Shown here: piece after piece, positions 10,901 through 22,998 of the stretch
Position numbering within the stretch: the first letter of the stretch is position 1
How the letters are laid out: the number at the start of each line of letters is the position of its first letter
Assembly (NCBI GenBank): GCA_964036045.1
Contig: OZ038378.1
Span: forward strand, 41,044,001 to 41,108,000
DNA: 64,000 nucleotides
Source: Eutreptiella sp. 'Long Island Sound 2002'
Lineage: Eukaryota; Protista; Euglenida
Direction: 5' to 3'
Translations under genes and position numbers: made by a program
The notes under the pieces: model-generated
What the model was told of the DNA's origin: nothing
Seen by the model: only the letters and a program-made list of their open reading frames with translations
Databases searched by the model: none

Positions 10901-12696
10901 TGTGGTATCAACTGCACCAGAGCTGCCGGCAGTTGTGGTGATGTTCAACACCCTCCGCAAACCGACACAAGTGTATGGGATGACAGCAGCACTGATTGCC
11001 TGCTTGCCTGGCTGGTTGTTGCGGCTTTGGGTACCTGGGTACCGGATGCCTGGGGAGTGGGGACCGACTCAGTCAAGCAAAACCTGGTGCGGGCTGTACA
11101 GCAATGTGCACGGGAACCAGCAGCAGACTTGCAAGCCGAAGGAGAGCTGTGGCAGGCCCTAACGCCGGTGAATGCGCAGCAACTGTGCCTGCTTGATAAG
11201 AATCTCCGACATGAAGTCAAAGCGGCAGACAAACTGAATCACAAGAGGCGGAAGTTGGTTCTGAAGCAACGGGAAAAGGATGAACTGGCGGCGGCGAAAA
11301 ACTCACTCAAGGAGAATGTTGCAAAGGTTGTTGACTACACGCAAGCAAGGCAGCATGAGATGCTCCTCGACAGCCCATTTGGTGCCCCCACCACTCCAGA
11401 AAACCGGACTGTCCAAGGAGGTTTCACCATTGACAGTGAAAGTGTCGGTCCTGAAGCTGCCTCATCCAGTGCTGTCGATCATGGGGTTCATGTGCCCCCA
11501 ACTGACCTGGAGCCTGCTTTCCATGCTGACAGTGCTGATGCAAAGCCAGCTCCAAAGCCCGCTCGTGCGAACAAGAAGGCGAAATCCAAGACCAGTGCCA
11601 AGACAGGTGCAAAGGGGCAGACTGAGCAGACAAACCTCCCTCAAATGGACCTGGAGGCTAGGGTGGATGTACAGATTATTGACAAGGCCCAGCATCAGGC
11701 AATTGCAGCACAAATCGAGGCTGCCAACAATGCGGGATCTGGCGGACGAGGAGCTCCAGGGCTGAAACGCAAACCCAAAGCACAGGCCGTGACCATCCCC
11801 AGCGTAGCTCAGCTTGAGCAGGCTTCGCGGAGGACCCGCTTTGCAAAGCAGTAGGCTGAATGGGAGGACCTGTCAGTTGTGCTTTTTTGAGAACTGCTTC
11901 TGCTTGTACTGTTGTTGTCCTGTAAACACTTGCTGGTCTGCTGGGTCATCACATTGTACTGTTCACTGCTGCACTGAGTTTCACCGTCAACAGTGAAACA
12001 CACTGCCACCGTGGCCTCTGTGGCCGAAATGCTTGAAGCCATCATTCGTTTTTCTGCTCTGTGATAATATACTGTTTCATTGGGCAGTGCACTGCCCTCA
12101 TTTCAGCTTTTGTTTTCCAACAGACAACAACACTGGGTTATAAGCCCTAAATTTTGCCCTTGAGCTGCTGTCTTGGGCTGCTATTGCATCACCCGCACTG
12201 TGTATCTGCTGATTGCTTGCAGTCGAAAGCAGGCACAAAGTTTTTACTTTCTACCTGCTATTTTTTTTATTATTTTTCTATCTGCTTTTTACAGGTTGCA
12301 CCTCTAAGTGCATTATAAAGATGTGTTTCACTGTTGACAGTCAAAGTGTCTCCCATGCTGGTGTGATTTGCCAGTTCCAGAGTGTGGCATCAGAAGTACA
12401 GTCTTACAACACATGTAGCGACACCGTGTGTACACGTACCGTGCCTGTGTTTTGTGTTGCATATTTACATACACCTGTTTCTCACAGGGGAAGTTGTTCG
12501 TGTATGACTGCAGGCCACCGCCGTAGACTGCATGGAAGGGGGGGGTTCTGGCGATACGGTGTGCCACACCTCAATGCTTCCACAACAATGTTTCACTGTT
12601 GACAGTGAAACAATATGAAATATGAGCCCCACACTGGGGTTTTGGGAAATTGAATTTTTCTGTGAGTTTCACTGTTGGCCACGGAGGCCAACAGTG
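6895..12696. repeat. Dispersed 20-bp palindrome TTTCACTGT-TG-ACAGTGAAA, 11 copies plus a derived hairpin
   Basis: Starts at 6895, 8098, 8208, 8633, 9241, 9727, 10152, 11422, 11979, 12326 and 12591, with 0-2 mismatches and both orientations. Derived hairpin at 12670-12696. Not seen elsewhere in the window. Confidence 0.95.
8752..11854 (+). pseudogene. Element A gene 2: spliced ParB/Srx-like domain protein with methyltransferase-like C-terminal region
   Basis: Predicted exons 8752-9202, 9294-9679, 9769-10088 and 10199-11854 with GT-AG introns. Splicing joins HVSKLIWDDELKYGQSRRV...YLLDTGG to DIQLVLGGQHV in frame. Internal stops and frameshifts are present. Confidence 0.7.
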
Positions 12697-12770
12697 CCCG
12701 TTTTTGCCCGTTTTTGGGCGCCGCAACGACCCGGTATGTCATGTTCGTACCCCCAAGACGGAGGCCCCAC

Positions 12771-13155
12771 CGAGGCCCCCACCGCATGGGTGTGGGGGCC
12801 TCCTTCGCTTTGGGACCACCGGGGCCTCCGCCGCATGGACGTGGGGGCCTCCTTCGCTTGGGGATCACAGAGGCCCCCACCACATGGGTGAGGGGGCCTC
12901 CTTCGCTTTGGGACCACCGAGGCCCCCGCCGCATGGGCGAGGGGGCCTCTTTCGCTTTGGGACCACCGAGGCCCCCGCCGCATGGGCGAGGGGGCCTCCT
13001 TCGCTTGGGGATCACCGAGGCCCCCGCCGCATGGGCGTGGGGGCACCTTCGTTTGGGGACCACCGAGGCCCCCGCCGCATGGGCGAGGGAGCCTCCTTCG
13101 CTTTGGTATTACCGGGGCCCCCGCCGCATGGGCGCGGGGGCCTCCTTCGTTTTGG
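12771..13155. repeat. GC-rich 49-bp minisatellite, about 8 copies, each with an internal inverted repeat
   Basis: Unit approximately CGAGGCCCCCRCCGCATGGGYGWGGGGGCCTCCTTCGCTTTGGGACCAC. GAGGCCCCC...GGGGGCCTC can pair. Confidence 0.92.
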
Positions 13156-15386
13156 GACCCGTGGGCGTGGCCGGATGGATGTAGAGGATGGCTTTAGAGG
13201 AAGCACGAACACCTTTGGCACAAGTGCCGTGCGCTGGGGGAGGGGGGGGGATCGGGCCACGGACCAAGCCCTCATGACCCGCCGGCCATACGCCGCCCAG
13301 TCGGCAGTCACTCGTGGGCTACGGGCCCACACCCGTGAGACAGCGTCCCCCTTCCCTTGGGGGGGTGGTGGACCGTGCCGGAAGTGGAGCCGGCGCTCCG
13401 CCTCGCCCCCCAATCCGTGCCCCTGGGGGGATCCAGCAACGTGTAGGGCGGGAGTGCACGCGCGTTGTGCGGCCCAGGGGACAAGGGGAGGAGACGAAGA
13501 GGAGAGCCGCCGCCATGATGCTTAGCCGGACGGGTTGGGACAGAACCCCCCTCTCGGTCGCTGGCCAGACCGATGAGGGCTGGCGGGCACCATGGGGATG
13601 TGCCGCGGGTGCGCCCGACCGGGGGACCGCATCTCCTCCTCCTCCTCCTCCTCACCACCTGCATGGAGTGCACAGTACATACAGGTCCTGCGCCCCAATT
13701 GGGCTCTCCCTGTGTGGAGAACTGCCTCACCCGCATCCAACTCAGTGGCTAAGCTGACTTTGCTGTACATACCTCTAGGCCACTGCTGCCTAAGCACGGT
13801 GTCTGCCTTGATGGCTGGACTCACCAGTGTCGGAACAAAAAAAAGGGGGGGTTGGGACGGGAACAAGCCCTCCATTGGAGGGTGTATTGCCTTCGTTGGA
13901 CGCGATGAATTGCTGTTGAGCGTTCCGTGCGCGGGAGGGACAACAACGCACAAGGGGAGGCACAAACAGCGCGGAAGAGTGGTGGGCGCATGGGGTATAG
14001 ATTTGCTGGGGGCGAGGTCAGCTCTTGGCGTTGTACGCGTACTGGTTGTGAGGGGGTCATTGCAAATTGGAGTGCGCGGTGCAAGGGAGGCACGGGCTAG
14101 CTGAGGGACAACTAGTGCGTCGCGGGGTGCTCCCGGTCACCAGGATGAGGAACCGGGGAGATCGCTTGGAGGCGCATATGGACCTTGCATGGCTCGTGTT
14201 GCGCTCCCATCCGCATACGGCGACCCGGAGGATACACTCCGGGGAGTTGGGGGTGGTAGAGGTGGAGAGAGAGAGAGACGACGCCCGTTCGGGCATCACC
14301 CGGACGAGCAGGGGCTCCAAGGGCCCTTAGGGAAAGGGTGTAGGGCGGCCCAACAAGGCCCAGAAGACCGGCCCCACTCTCCCAAGTCTCCCCACCTTCC
14401 CCCCCGTCGCCCAAGTGGCGGATTGGCTGCAGAAGCAGCAGGCCAAAGCCCAGTGGCAGCAGCGGGTGGTGCTGGCGGAGGGGGAGGTTTTGCGGCCGAG
14501 GGGGAATCTGTAGGAGGCCTAGCAGGATGTCCAACGGGCCCGGTGAGCGGCGAAGGCGCCGGAGATGGAGAGGGATCAGCTCCGCACGCGGGTGAAGGAG
14601 CCGGAGGCACACAGGCCAAAGGGGTAGGGGCCCGTGCAGCGGCAACAGCAGGGGGTGGTGACCGGCGGGGCGGCAAGGTGGCGGGGACACGACCGGGAAG
14701 GGCTGGGGGGTGGGGGGGGGGGGTTGCACTACCTCTTCGGTGTTGCCCAGGCATGGCGGCGGCAGGCCGAGGCCGCCAAGGGCCAGCTGCCCGCCATGGG
14801 TTCGACGGTGTGATTATTGCTGTCGCAGCAAGAGGCGGGGGCAGCTCGGCAATATGGAGACTGTCCTCCCCAACTATGCGATGACAATGTCAAACCATGA
14901 CATTGTGGCCTCCAAGTACCCACCACACAGAGACCATGGTGAAGGCTGCCTGCACCCCGGATTCTTCGATCCATGAACTGCCCGCGGGATTTGGGACGGG
15001 CAGCAGTGGGCCAAGCCTCACCGTAGCGCCCTTCTAACCGTTGTACATTGGATATGGAACAATGTCGCAAAGATTGCGCGATTTTCGCGCCATTCATGCA
15101 CCGAGACTTTCATGTGCGTATTTCAGAAGATCGCAATTTTCGCACATCTTTCGAATAATTTTGCTGTGCATTTCCGGATGGTTGTGCGTTGCACTCTGCG
15201 GTGCGCTTGGAATCAACTAAAAACTGCCACGGGCTGCACCTTGCACAATATGAAGTGACCTCGAATGTTCTGCCACCTGTTTCGTGCTAGTGCTCTCTTA
15301 TCTTTAGGCCGCGTGGCAGTGGATCCAAGGGAAGGAGCGCCTTCGCCCATGTCAAGTCCAGACAACAAAAGGCACGTCGACTCAAG

Positions 15387-16950
15387 TTGTTGGAAGACGT
15401 CGTCTCCCGGGAGCTAGGTGCAGCGTGCACGGTGCAACACCTGCTGGGTAGAGGCCAGATCGTTTTGACGCCAGTAGCGGGGGGGGCGGTGTGGTGCAAA
15501 CCCTACGGCACCAAACCTATGGGAGAAGACCGCGGTGGCATTGTGGCGCATCCGGTCACACCATCTAGCGAGGGCCGAGGCGCAGTACCCACCCCTCATC
15601 TAGTCAAGGGTGTACCCTAAGAGGACGTGTGGGCTACAATGCAGCAGCTCGCACGGCCCGCTGCAGAGGGCTTTGTTGCCACGAAGTGTGAGGGTATCAA
15701 GCTCTATGGTGCCGTGTGCCTGGTACCAAAGCGGTTGCAGCACCTATGCAGTTGTCGACCGGTCAAACTCGTCCACGTCCAACAACCTGGCGACCCAAGA
15801 CTACATTGGATGCCAATTGCGGTGGATGGTGCGGCATCGTATGTCCATTGCACGCTTGGGGGAATAAGCAGCCCCAAGCAACTTTCAAGCTGGTGCCGAC
15901 TAAGGGGTAGTGACGATTGGGTAACGTTATGTGTGGCTGCCCAAGAGGTGGGCTTCGGCGAACAATCCTCTGACGCAAGTAAGGCTGTATTCTGAGATAC
16001 CGGGGTTTCTGACCGGAAACCCGTGTTTTCCAATTTGACGATGGCAAGGCACACATTTTGATGTCCAATTATAAGAATTGCAAAGCCGAGGCTCCTGAAG
16101 CCTCGGTGCATTGGGTGTGTGGGTGCAATAGGGCACAATGTCTTGCCAACTTAGGGTTGGAACACACCATTGACGGCTAGTGGGAAGTGGTGCTCCCAAT
16201 TGAAGTGATATATCGACACATTGCAGCCAATCGCCGCATTCCGGACTACGGGCTGCACGGGCTGCTGCGCAAGTCCGCGGCTGTTGTTGTGCGTAATTTA
16301 TTTCAACCCATTCTAGATGTTGGCGGCATTCTAGCGAAGAAGCCAACAAAGGGGAGGTTGAACAATGACAAGGCAAACAGGAAGGGAAACGTTAGGTTGG
16401 AGTGTGCCGCGGTTGTGCAATTCATGCGCACCGGGAGGTGGGAGGCACTCATTATGATGTGCCTTGAGGAGGGGGGAATGAACAACAGGCAGGTGGGAGG
16501 TAAACTATGGGGTGCTGTTTATAGGGAGTGGTGGAACAATTTTGCCAAGATAAGCGTGTATGCATGGCAAATGGGATGGTTGTCCGGGGAGGACGTAGGA
16601 AAGCTACACGAATGTAGTATACGAGTGGGCAAGGCCCAATTAGTGTTACAGTGGCCTAAGCTGCCGTGGTCACATTTGTGGATTGACCACATGTATTTCT
16701 TTGCCCGCACGTGGAATAGCTCTCCAGAATTTCATGCTTTGCGATGGAAGGCACCCACTGCCGGCCAAAGCGCATGCTGCGCAATGGCGGTGGTCTAAGC
16801 CTCCTGCGTGACTGCCTAGGTGTGTATGTTGTGGATGACAACCACACCATAGATGACAGCCTCTGTCGAGTGGGGTGGGATGTCACCAAGAGGTCCATGT
16901 GTGGACAAGGGCCCGTGATAGTGGGGTAGTTGGCGGGTTGTGCCCGCAAG
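15387..16950 (+). pseudogene. Element D: decayed Transib/RAG1-like DDE transposase
   Basis: IAVDGA (D1), PDYGLHGLLR (DxxH-type motif), PWSHLWIDHMYFFARTW and MEGTH (catalytic E region) occur in order across frameshifts. Similar layout to the element C transposase. Confidence 0.6.
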
Positions 16951-17469
16951 AGGGCACTTAGTGACCTCAACTATGTACATGTCCTCTCGCAGCCTTTCAG
17001 ACTCCGCAAGCGGCGGGCCTAAGACATGCGGACATGCGGCCACGGCCATGGCCTGTGGTGGCTCTTGGTACTTGAGTTGGTGCACGCCACGCAGTGAAGC
17101 TGCTCACGTGTGCGAAAATCAGTGCGAAAATCGTGCAAATTGTGTGAATATTCGCGTTCGCATCGCCGCGGCTACACGGAACACCCACGGTAGGAATAGG
17201 GCATTTTGTGGGGCACCATGGACCCCAGCGTGCTGATAAAGGGGGGTTTCCGGGTGCAGGGACCGGTTGTTTTTTAGCATTTTTAGAAATATGGTTGCTT
17301 TCTCAACCCTATCAGAGGGGTTTGTTTTGGCCGAAACGGTAGGTTTGGAGACCGATATTTGCGCGATTTTCGCTCCCCATTCCAAAGTTCTCTTACCGGC
17401 CGTTCGCAAAGGGTTCAAAGGGGTTGGTGTTGCCCCCCCCCCCCCCCCCCCCGCACCACCACCACCTGC

Positions 17470-19170
17470 GCACATTGCCACCATGGGGGCTTGGCACAAT
17501 GCTCTCTTCCGCAATAGCCGGCGACAAACGCATGTGGCCATGTTCGATCGGTTCGACGGTCCAAAGTCTATTGGGAACTGTTGGTGCACTCGGGCTGGTT
17601 CTCTCGAGACCCGACGCGGGGCTTACACTCAACTTTTTGAAGTCGGTACCCTACAGCGGTGCACGTAGTGCAGTCCATCCACTTAGGGGACGCTCATGGA
17701 GGCGCCTTGTAACCTCGGTAACTGGCCTGAGGCGTGGAAGTCCCGATCCCTGTTGCGGGAACTTTCACGTGCAGTGTCCAGTCTCATTTGGCTGGCAGCG
17801 GCAGCTGTGTGGCAGCGGTTTGATAAACTTCGTCTTCCTAGCCTGGTTATGATTTCATCCGGCGTGTATTGTGGAGAAAGTGGATAGTTGCGGGGCTGCT
17901 GTGCTCCATGACCAAAATGACCGAACACGATTGCTACCCTTTTGAGCCGGTGGTGGAATCACACTGGCCTTCTTTCAAGATTGCATTTTTATTGAGTGTC
18001 TGGGGTCAACCATGGAGCAGAGGTATGGGCAGCTGGAGGTGGATGGGGGGTGGGCAGAAGTGGGGCATTTGCCAGTGGCACATCTTGTGTGGAGGTTGAC
18101 ATCCAAGCAGGGTTTGTTGTATTGGGCGGGGTTGTCAGCTGTCTGGGTCCCGAGATGCCTAAGGTTGTTTGTATTTGCAATGTTTAAATTCGTGTCCGCT
18201 TGGATGTGTAAATTGCAGTTGTGGGAGTCACAGCAAAACCCCACGCCGCCAAGAAGTGAGGTGCGCCCATTTATGGGTATGTTGCGGTTTTGGCAGAAAG
18301 CGGATAAACTCGGCCCGAGGTGGCATGCACCCAAGGGACGGCAGCCCCTTTTTTCAATGACCGCTTCCCAACACACGGAGTGAAAACGTGCAAAGTATGC
18401 TCAACACATTGAAGACACGATATCAAGATAGGGGGAGCTATAACAAGAGAGGGTGGGATGTAGTGTTCACGGATGGTTCCTCCAAGCGAGTGCCCAGGTG
18501 GGAGCAAGCAGGCAGTGGTGGTACTACGGGGCAGGGGACCACGGGAACTTCACATTCCTCCTAGACTCCTTGGAACCACAGACTAATGGGCGGGCAGAAA
18601 TACGGGCAGTGTTGTATGCAATGCAAACACAGCAGGGGAATGCCCACTGGCTATAGTAACCGACTCTGAATTTTGCTTTCACACTAAGCATTATTCTTCT
18701 TTGGGAGCGACGTGACTGGCTGGGGGTTTTGCGTTCGGATTTGTGGGTTAGGGTGCTAGAGAAGTTGAGGGCAGAGGCGAGGGAATTCAAGTTCTTCCGG
18801 GTCCCGTCACATGTGTGGGTTGAGGGTAACAAAGTGGCTGACCAACTAGCGGAGGCGGGACGCCTCTTGCACGATTACATAAGCGGCGAAAATTCAATAT
18901 GCAGGCAGAAGAGGGGGAAAAGGTGGGGGAGGGTGGGAGGGGCGCAAGTGGACTCACGCCATTGCGTGTATAGGTGTTGTGATCGTTGAATACTTGGGTA
19001 TCTTACGGTAAGGTATATTTTGCTGCGGTTTACGATGCTTGAATGTTGGGCAGTACTTCAGCCCACGAGGCCAGAGCCCAGCCATGAAGCCAATAAATGA
19101 CCAGAAGGCATTGAGGCGCATTGTATGTATTGGACACGGAAGCACTGTGCAACAGTGAACTGATTTGAAA
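17470..19170 (+). mobile_element. 5'-truncated second LINE related to the 522-6358 element (post-RT region + RNase H + 3' UTR)
   Basis: GAWHNALFRNS, GYDFIRRVLWRK, LTSKQGLLYWAG, GPRWHAPKG, GWDVVFTDGSSKRV, QTNGRAE and RVPSHVWVEGNKVADQLAE are colinear with the first LINE. Many frameshifts. Confidence 0.85.
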
Positions 19171-22100
19171 AGGAGGACCACATTGGTGGGTGTGGTACCT
19201 GATTGGAAGAAAACCACCGGATACCATTGCGTGAGTCCTCTTCATGGCTTATGTCAGAAGCGTCCTTTGTGCTGGAAGGGAAGGAGGGATCGCTTGGTGA
19301 CATGTTGGCGGAGGCATTGTTACCCATACGAGGAGTTTTTACACGGGTTCTTGGGACCATAGCTTTACATTTAGTGGCTAATGGCCTCAAAAGTGGCAAG
19401 GGAAGGGCCCGCAGAGGGCAATACTCAGCCGCCCAAGCAGCGGCGAGCGTGAACGTAATGTGTACATAGCACGAGACAAGAGAACACAAAGGCCGAGACC
19501 AGAAATGCCTGTGAGCCGGGGGCATCTGGTGACACGTATCCGAGCCATGCAACCCTTATTGGATGGCGCAAGAGACGAATAAATTGGTGGAGAATGGGAC
19601 TCTAGGAGGTTTTGGCATTCTAATATCCCTTTGTGATGACGTCTAAGAGAGTGCCCCCTGCGCAGTGCACACAGTGCACGCGGTGCAAAGTCATCTAGAT
19701 GTGTGCACAAACTATGGTAGCACAAAATGTGCTCAAAAGTGAGCAGTGGGCACTGAATGCAACATTTGGTTGATACTATTGGTGTGTCCGGGTAAGACGA
19801 GAACTTCATTTTGGTGAGTGATATGGCTCCTTTGAACTATTCATTGGACGCTTGCAAGACCTCTTTGATCACCGACTCCCTCCACAATGGGGGGGCGTCT
19901 ACCAGTACTGAAGTCTCCGTGCGCAACACACTTGTGGAATTGTGCGACCATAAGCTCATTGCGGACGCTACAGGTAACGCGTGCATGGCAAAATTTGCTC
20001 CAACATACCAGAGTGTGAACTGATTCAGGTTAAGCTCTATAATCTTGCACTATTTGGCTTGTGTGCTTGCTTTGCTTGCTTTGCTGATGGACCGTTTGAT
20101 AAAGGGCACCTGTGTGAGTTTGTCTGGGGGTTGCCTACTAGGAGGCGCTCAAGAGGCCCCATCCCCAAAGACATGTACTAAACAATGGGTTTACAGGCAC
20201 ATATGTTAGATATTGCATCACCTCACCCTCAGCCTCTATTCATCCCTTCGTCCCTTCATGCTACTTGTCTATCAATTTTTCACTCAGCCAACGGCGCTTT
20301 GTACTGTGCATCGCAAATTGGGTGTGTGTGCATGTGTGTGTGTGTGTGTGTGGTGTGTTTTGTACATAAGTGGAAAGGCAAAGAGTCTACAGAATGGGAT
20401 GTGGCTCTGGATGCCCGCCGCTGCATTCCCCAAACCACAAATCAGAAAGCGCGGTTTGCGCACTGCAGCGAGGGCATACACATGCTTTCTGAAACACCTG
20501 ATCACAGAAATACCGAACAGTTTCCAAGCGTTGAAGGTTAATGAAGTTGCGGCGTGGTTAGCATGGGTGAATCAACAAAACATGAACTCTGATACGGAAC
20601 TAGACTGCAAGGAACAATTTAACAAAATTCTACCAAGCTGGGTTGACAGCCACATGTCAGAGGGGATTGGTTTCCTGACGAAACACAGGCGCTGGCGGAT
20701 GGCTGAGGTCACTTGGCGTGTCCATCATTCCATGTTGGCACTTGACAGGCTAGGAATTGGTACGAATAAACAGTTCAGGTACCTGACCCATCAAGAGCTG
20801 GCGAGATATTTCTCCTCTGAACTGCAGAAAAACAATAAATGCTGGGCGGTGGGGCAGCTGTAACCCTACCCTGTTTATCCGCGCAGGAACATTCTACTGG
20901 CAGTCCCCATGTTTTTTCCGGGACCGATTTAATGAGACCGACGAAAATGATGTCGCGGAACTGACACATCGCGCCTTTCCACTTTGTTGTCCAGTAGATG
21001 TATCCCTCTGGTGACACGTTCAATGCACCAAGGCGGTGGAATTCCTGTCTACCTTTGTAAGCCGCCCAAATGGAGTGCAAATCTGCACTCTGAGCGGAGA
21101 AATACATTTGTCTCTACCCCTGCCTTGGCCTTGTTGTCAGATGTATGGGATTTTGCATTGCCCTGGGGGAGGTGGAGGAGGTTTTAACCACATCCAGCCA
21201 ACGGCTTTAAAAGATGACTGGAGCTTGCGGGGCCGTCCCTCATGACACCAAAACACACATACAAAGGGTACCTCAGTGGTATCTTTACAGGTGCACTTGC
21301 GAATGGGAGGCCGTGGGTTCAAACATGGTCGGGTCAAATAATGAGGCCCTGGCTTGGCTGCAAACGGCGCTCCTCTCTGGTTACGGGCAGTATGCAGGCA
21401 TGCACAGGGCACTGCAAAGGGCATTTGCAGCGGAGCCCCATTTTCTGCAGGCCACTGTGAAGGCCGTGTATTGATTTCATATTGTGTCGTGGTCGGCCAC
21501 GTGTAGGAGTGGCTCCAGAAGTGGGCACACTGGGAGGGGGAAAGATACATGTCCTGGACACCAAAGGGATGTGAGGATCTTAGGGCATACGAGGTGGTAT
21601 GGAGTTACAACTGGCAAGCACTGGACATGGTGCGCCGTCAGAGCTGCTCACACGTAGCTTGTGTGTGTGTGTCCCCCCGGTGATGGGTGGTTCTTGCAAA
21701 TCTCCAATTTCCGAATCGTCCCAGGGGTGCCAGGGAACAATGGGGCAGGGTCTGGGCACGGGACAGGACAGGCTTGAGCACAGGCACAGGCTCAACCATG
21801 TTTTCCTACTTGCCGGGGTGGACACGACAAGTGGACTGCCCCACCCGTTGGTGCCTACTGACCATGTACTTCTTGTACTGCAGGAAGGCGCCTAGCCGAA
21901 TGCTTTTCCACTCCTTCTTCTACTTTCTTACGGCCTGATGAGATTCGTTAGCGACCAGTGCAGTGCTCTGTGTGGCACGCCTGTTCATCTCGCTTCAATC
22001 GTGTGTGTGTGTGTGTCAGTTTTGGTCCCCAGTGTTGCAATTTTCTGCAGTTGTAATGCATGATACGGTTTGTATTAGTTGATATTGATTCAGCAACACC

Positions 22101-22998
22101 AGTCCCCCTCTCTTTGCCCGCGCTCTTTGTTGCTGTGGTGCTGAGATTCTTATGGTCTTTTCTGCATGTACAAAGTTTGGCATGCTCAAAGTACTGGAAT
22201 TACCCCCCCCCCCCCCTTGCGCAAGCACTGCCTTGTCTAAGCACATGAGCCTGTGTTACCGTCGTTTTGATGGAATTTTCTGACCACGGTTTTTATGGTC
22301 AGAAATGTAACATTATGCAATTGTGCTTCGCTTGTAGAGGGAAAGGCGGGCTTGATCATGCTTGTGGTAGTTCCTCCTGCTCATACCAACATTCTGCTTG
22401 CAATTGCAACCCAATGATGTCCCTGTTGATGTGATTTTCAGCCATGGCTCATGTTGCTACACCTGGCATGGCTGTTAGGTACATCCCGTCCACCGGTGAA
22501 CATGTCTCCGCAACAATGATGAAGTGCAGATTGTGTGGGCCAAAGCGGGCCGTGGGATTTGGGGCCTTGGCCATGTGTTTGAGGGCAAGCTTTACTTCAC
22601 CAAAGATATTGTTGATGACAGTTTTGTCCCAAGGAATAGGAAGCCTAAACCCATTCCAAAACCTGAAGCCAAGCCTGCCCCAAAGGCTGCCCGAAGGGGC
22701 AAGCATGTGCAATTGTTCAAGATGAGGCGCAAGGTGGGAAAGGGCTTCTATTCCACAGCTCCTGATGGCCCTGATGGGCAGTGAGGACCTCCAGAACTCG
22801 CTGAAATTTGCCTGCACATTGTGTTGTAGTGCCCTGTTGCGACAATTGTGCTTAGGGTGAGGTATGGGCAGGTTTCCGGTGACATACGTTCTTTTGGTAC
22901 CGCGCGTCGCGCGCAAGCACTGCCTTGTCTAAGCACATGGGGGGAACGTTAGCGCGCCGGGCGCGCGCAGGGCGCGCGCCGGGCATCTTTTGTGACCC

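Larger units (their letters stand above)
1..12754 (+). mobile_element. Element A: large DNA transposon-like element (DDE-like gene + ParB-like gene + dispersed 20-bp palindromes); left end outside the window; interrupted by a LINE at 522-6358
   Basis: Same two-gene order and homologous proteins as element B, which has TIRs. Eleven copies of one palindrome run from 6895 to 12610 and then stop. The putative right end ...GTACCCCC-AAG (12747-12757) resembles the B end ...GCCTCC-TAAG. Confidence 0.7.

Noticed and set aside
6895-12610. CRISPR array interpretation of the 20-bp palindromes
   Set aside because: Spacing is 110-1200 bp and irregular, copies occur in both orientations and inside introns, and no cas genes are visible.
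12670-12760. Helitron 3' end (hairpin + CTRR)
   Set aside because: No CTRR terminus follows the hairpin, there is no Rep/helicase gene, and the sister element B has TIRs and a TA duplication.
12593-13525. Long overlapping ORFs on both strands
   Set aside because: They are translations of a GC-rich 49-bp minisatellite lacking stop codons.
14100-14800. Coiled-coil-like Q/A/E-rich reading as a defined gene
   Set aside because: It has multiple stops, no recognisable domain and no clear boundaries. It may be an accessory gene of element D, but this is not supportable.
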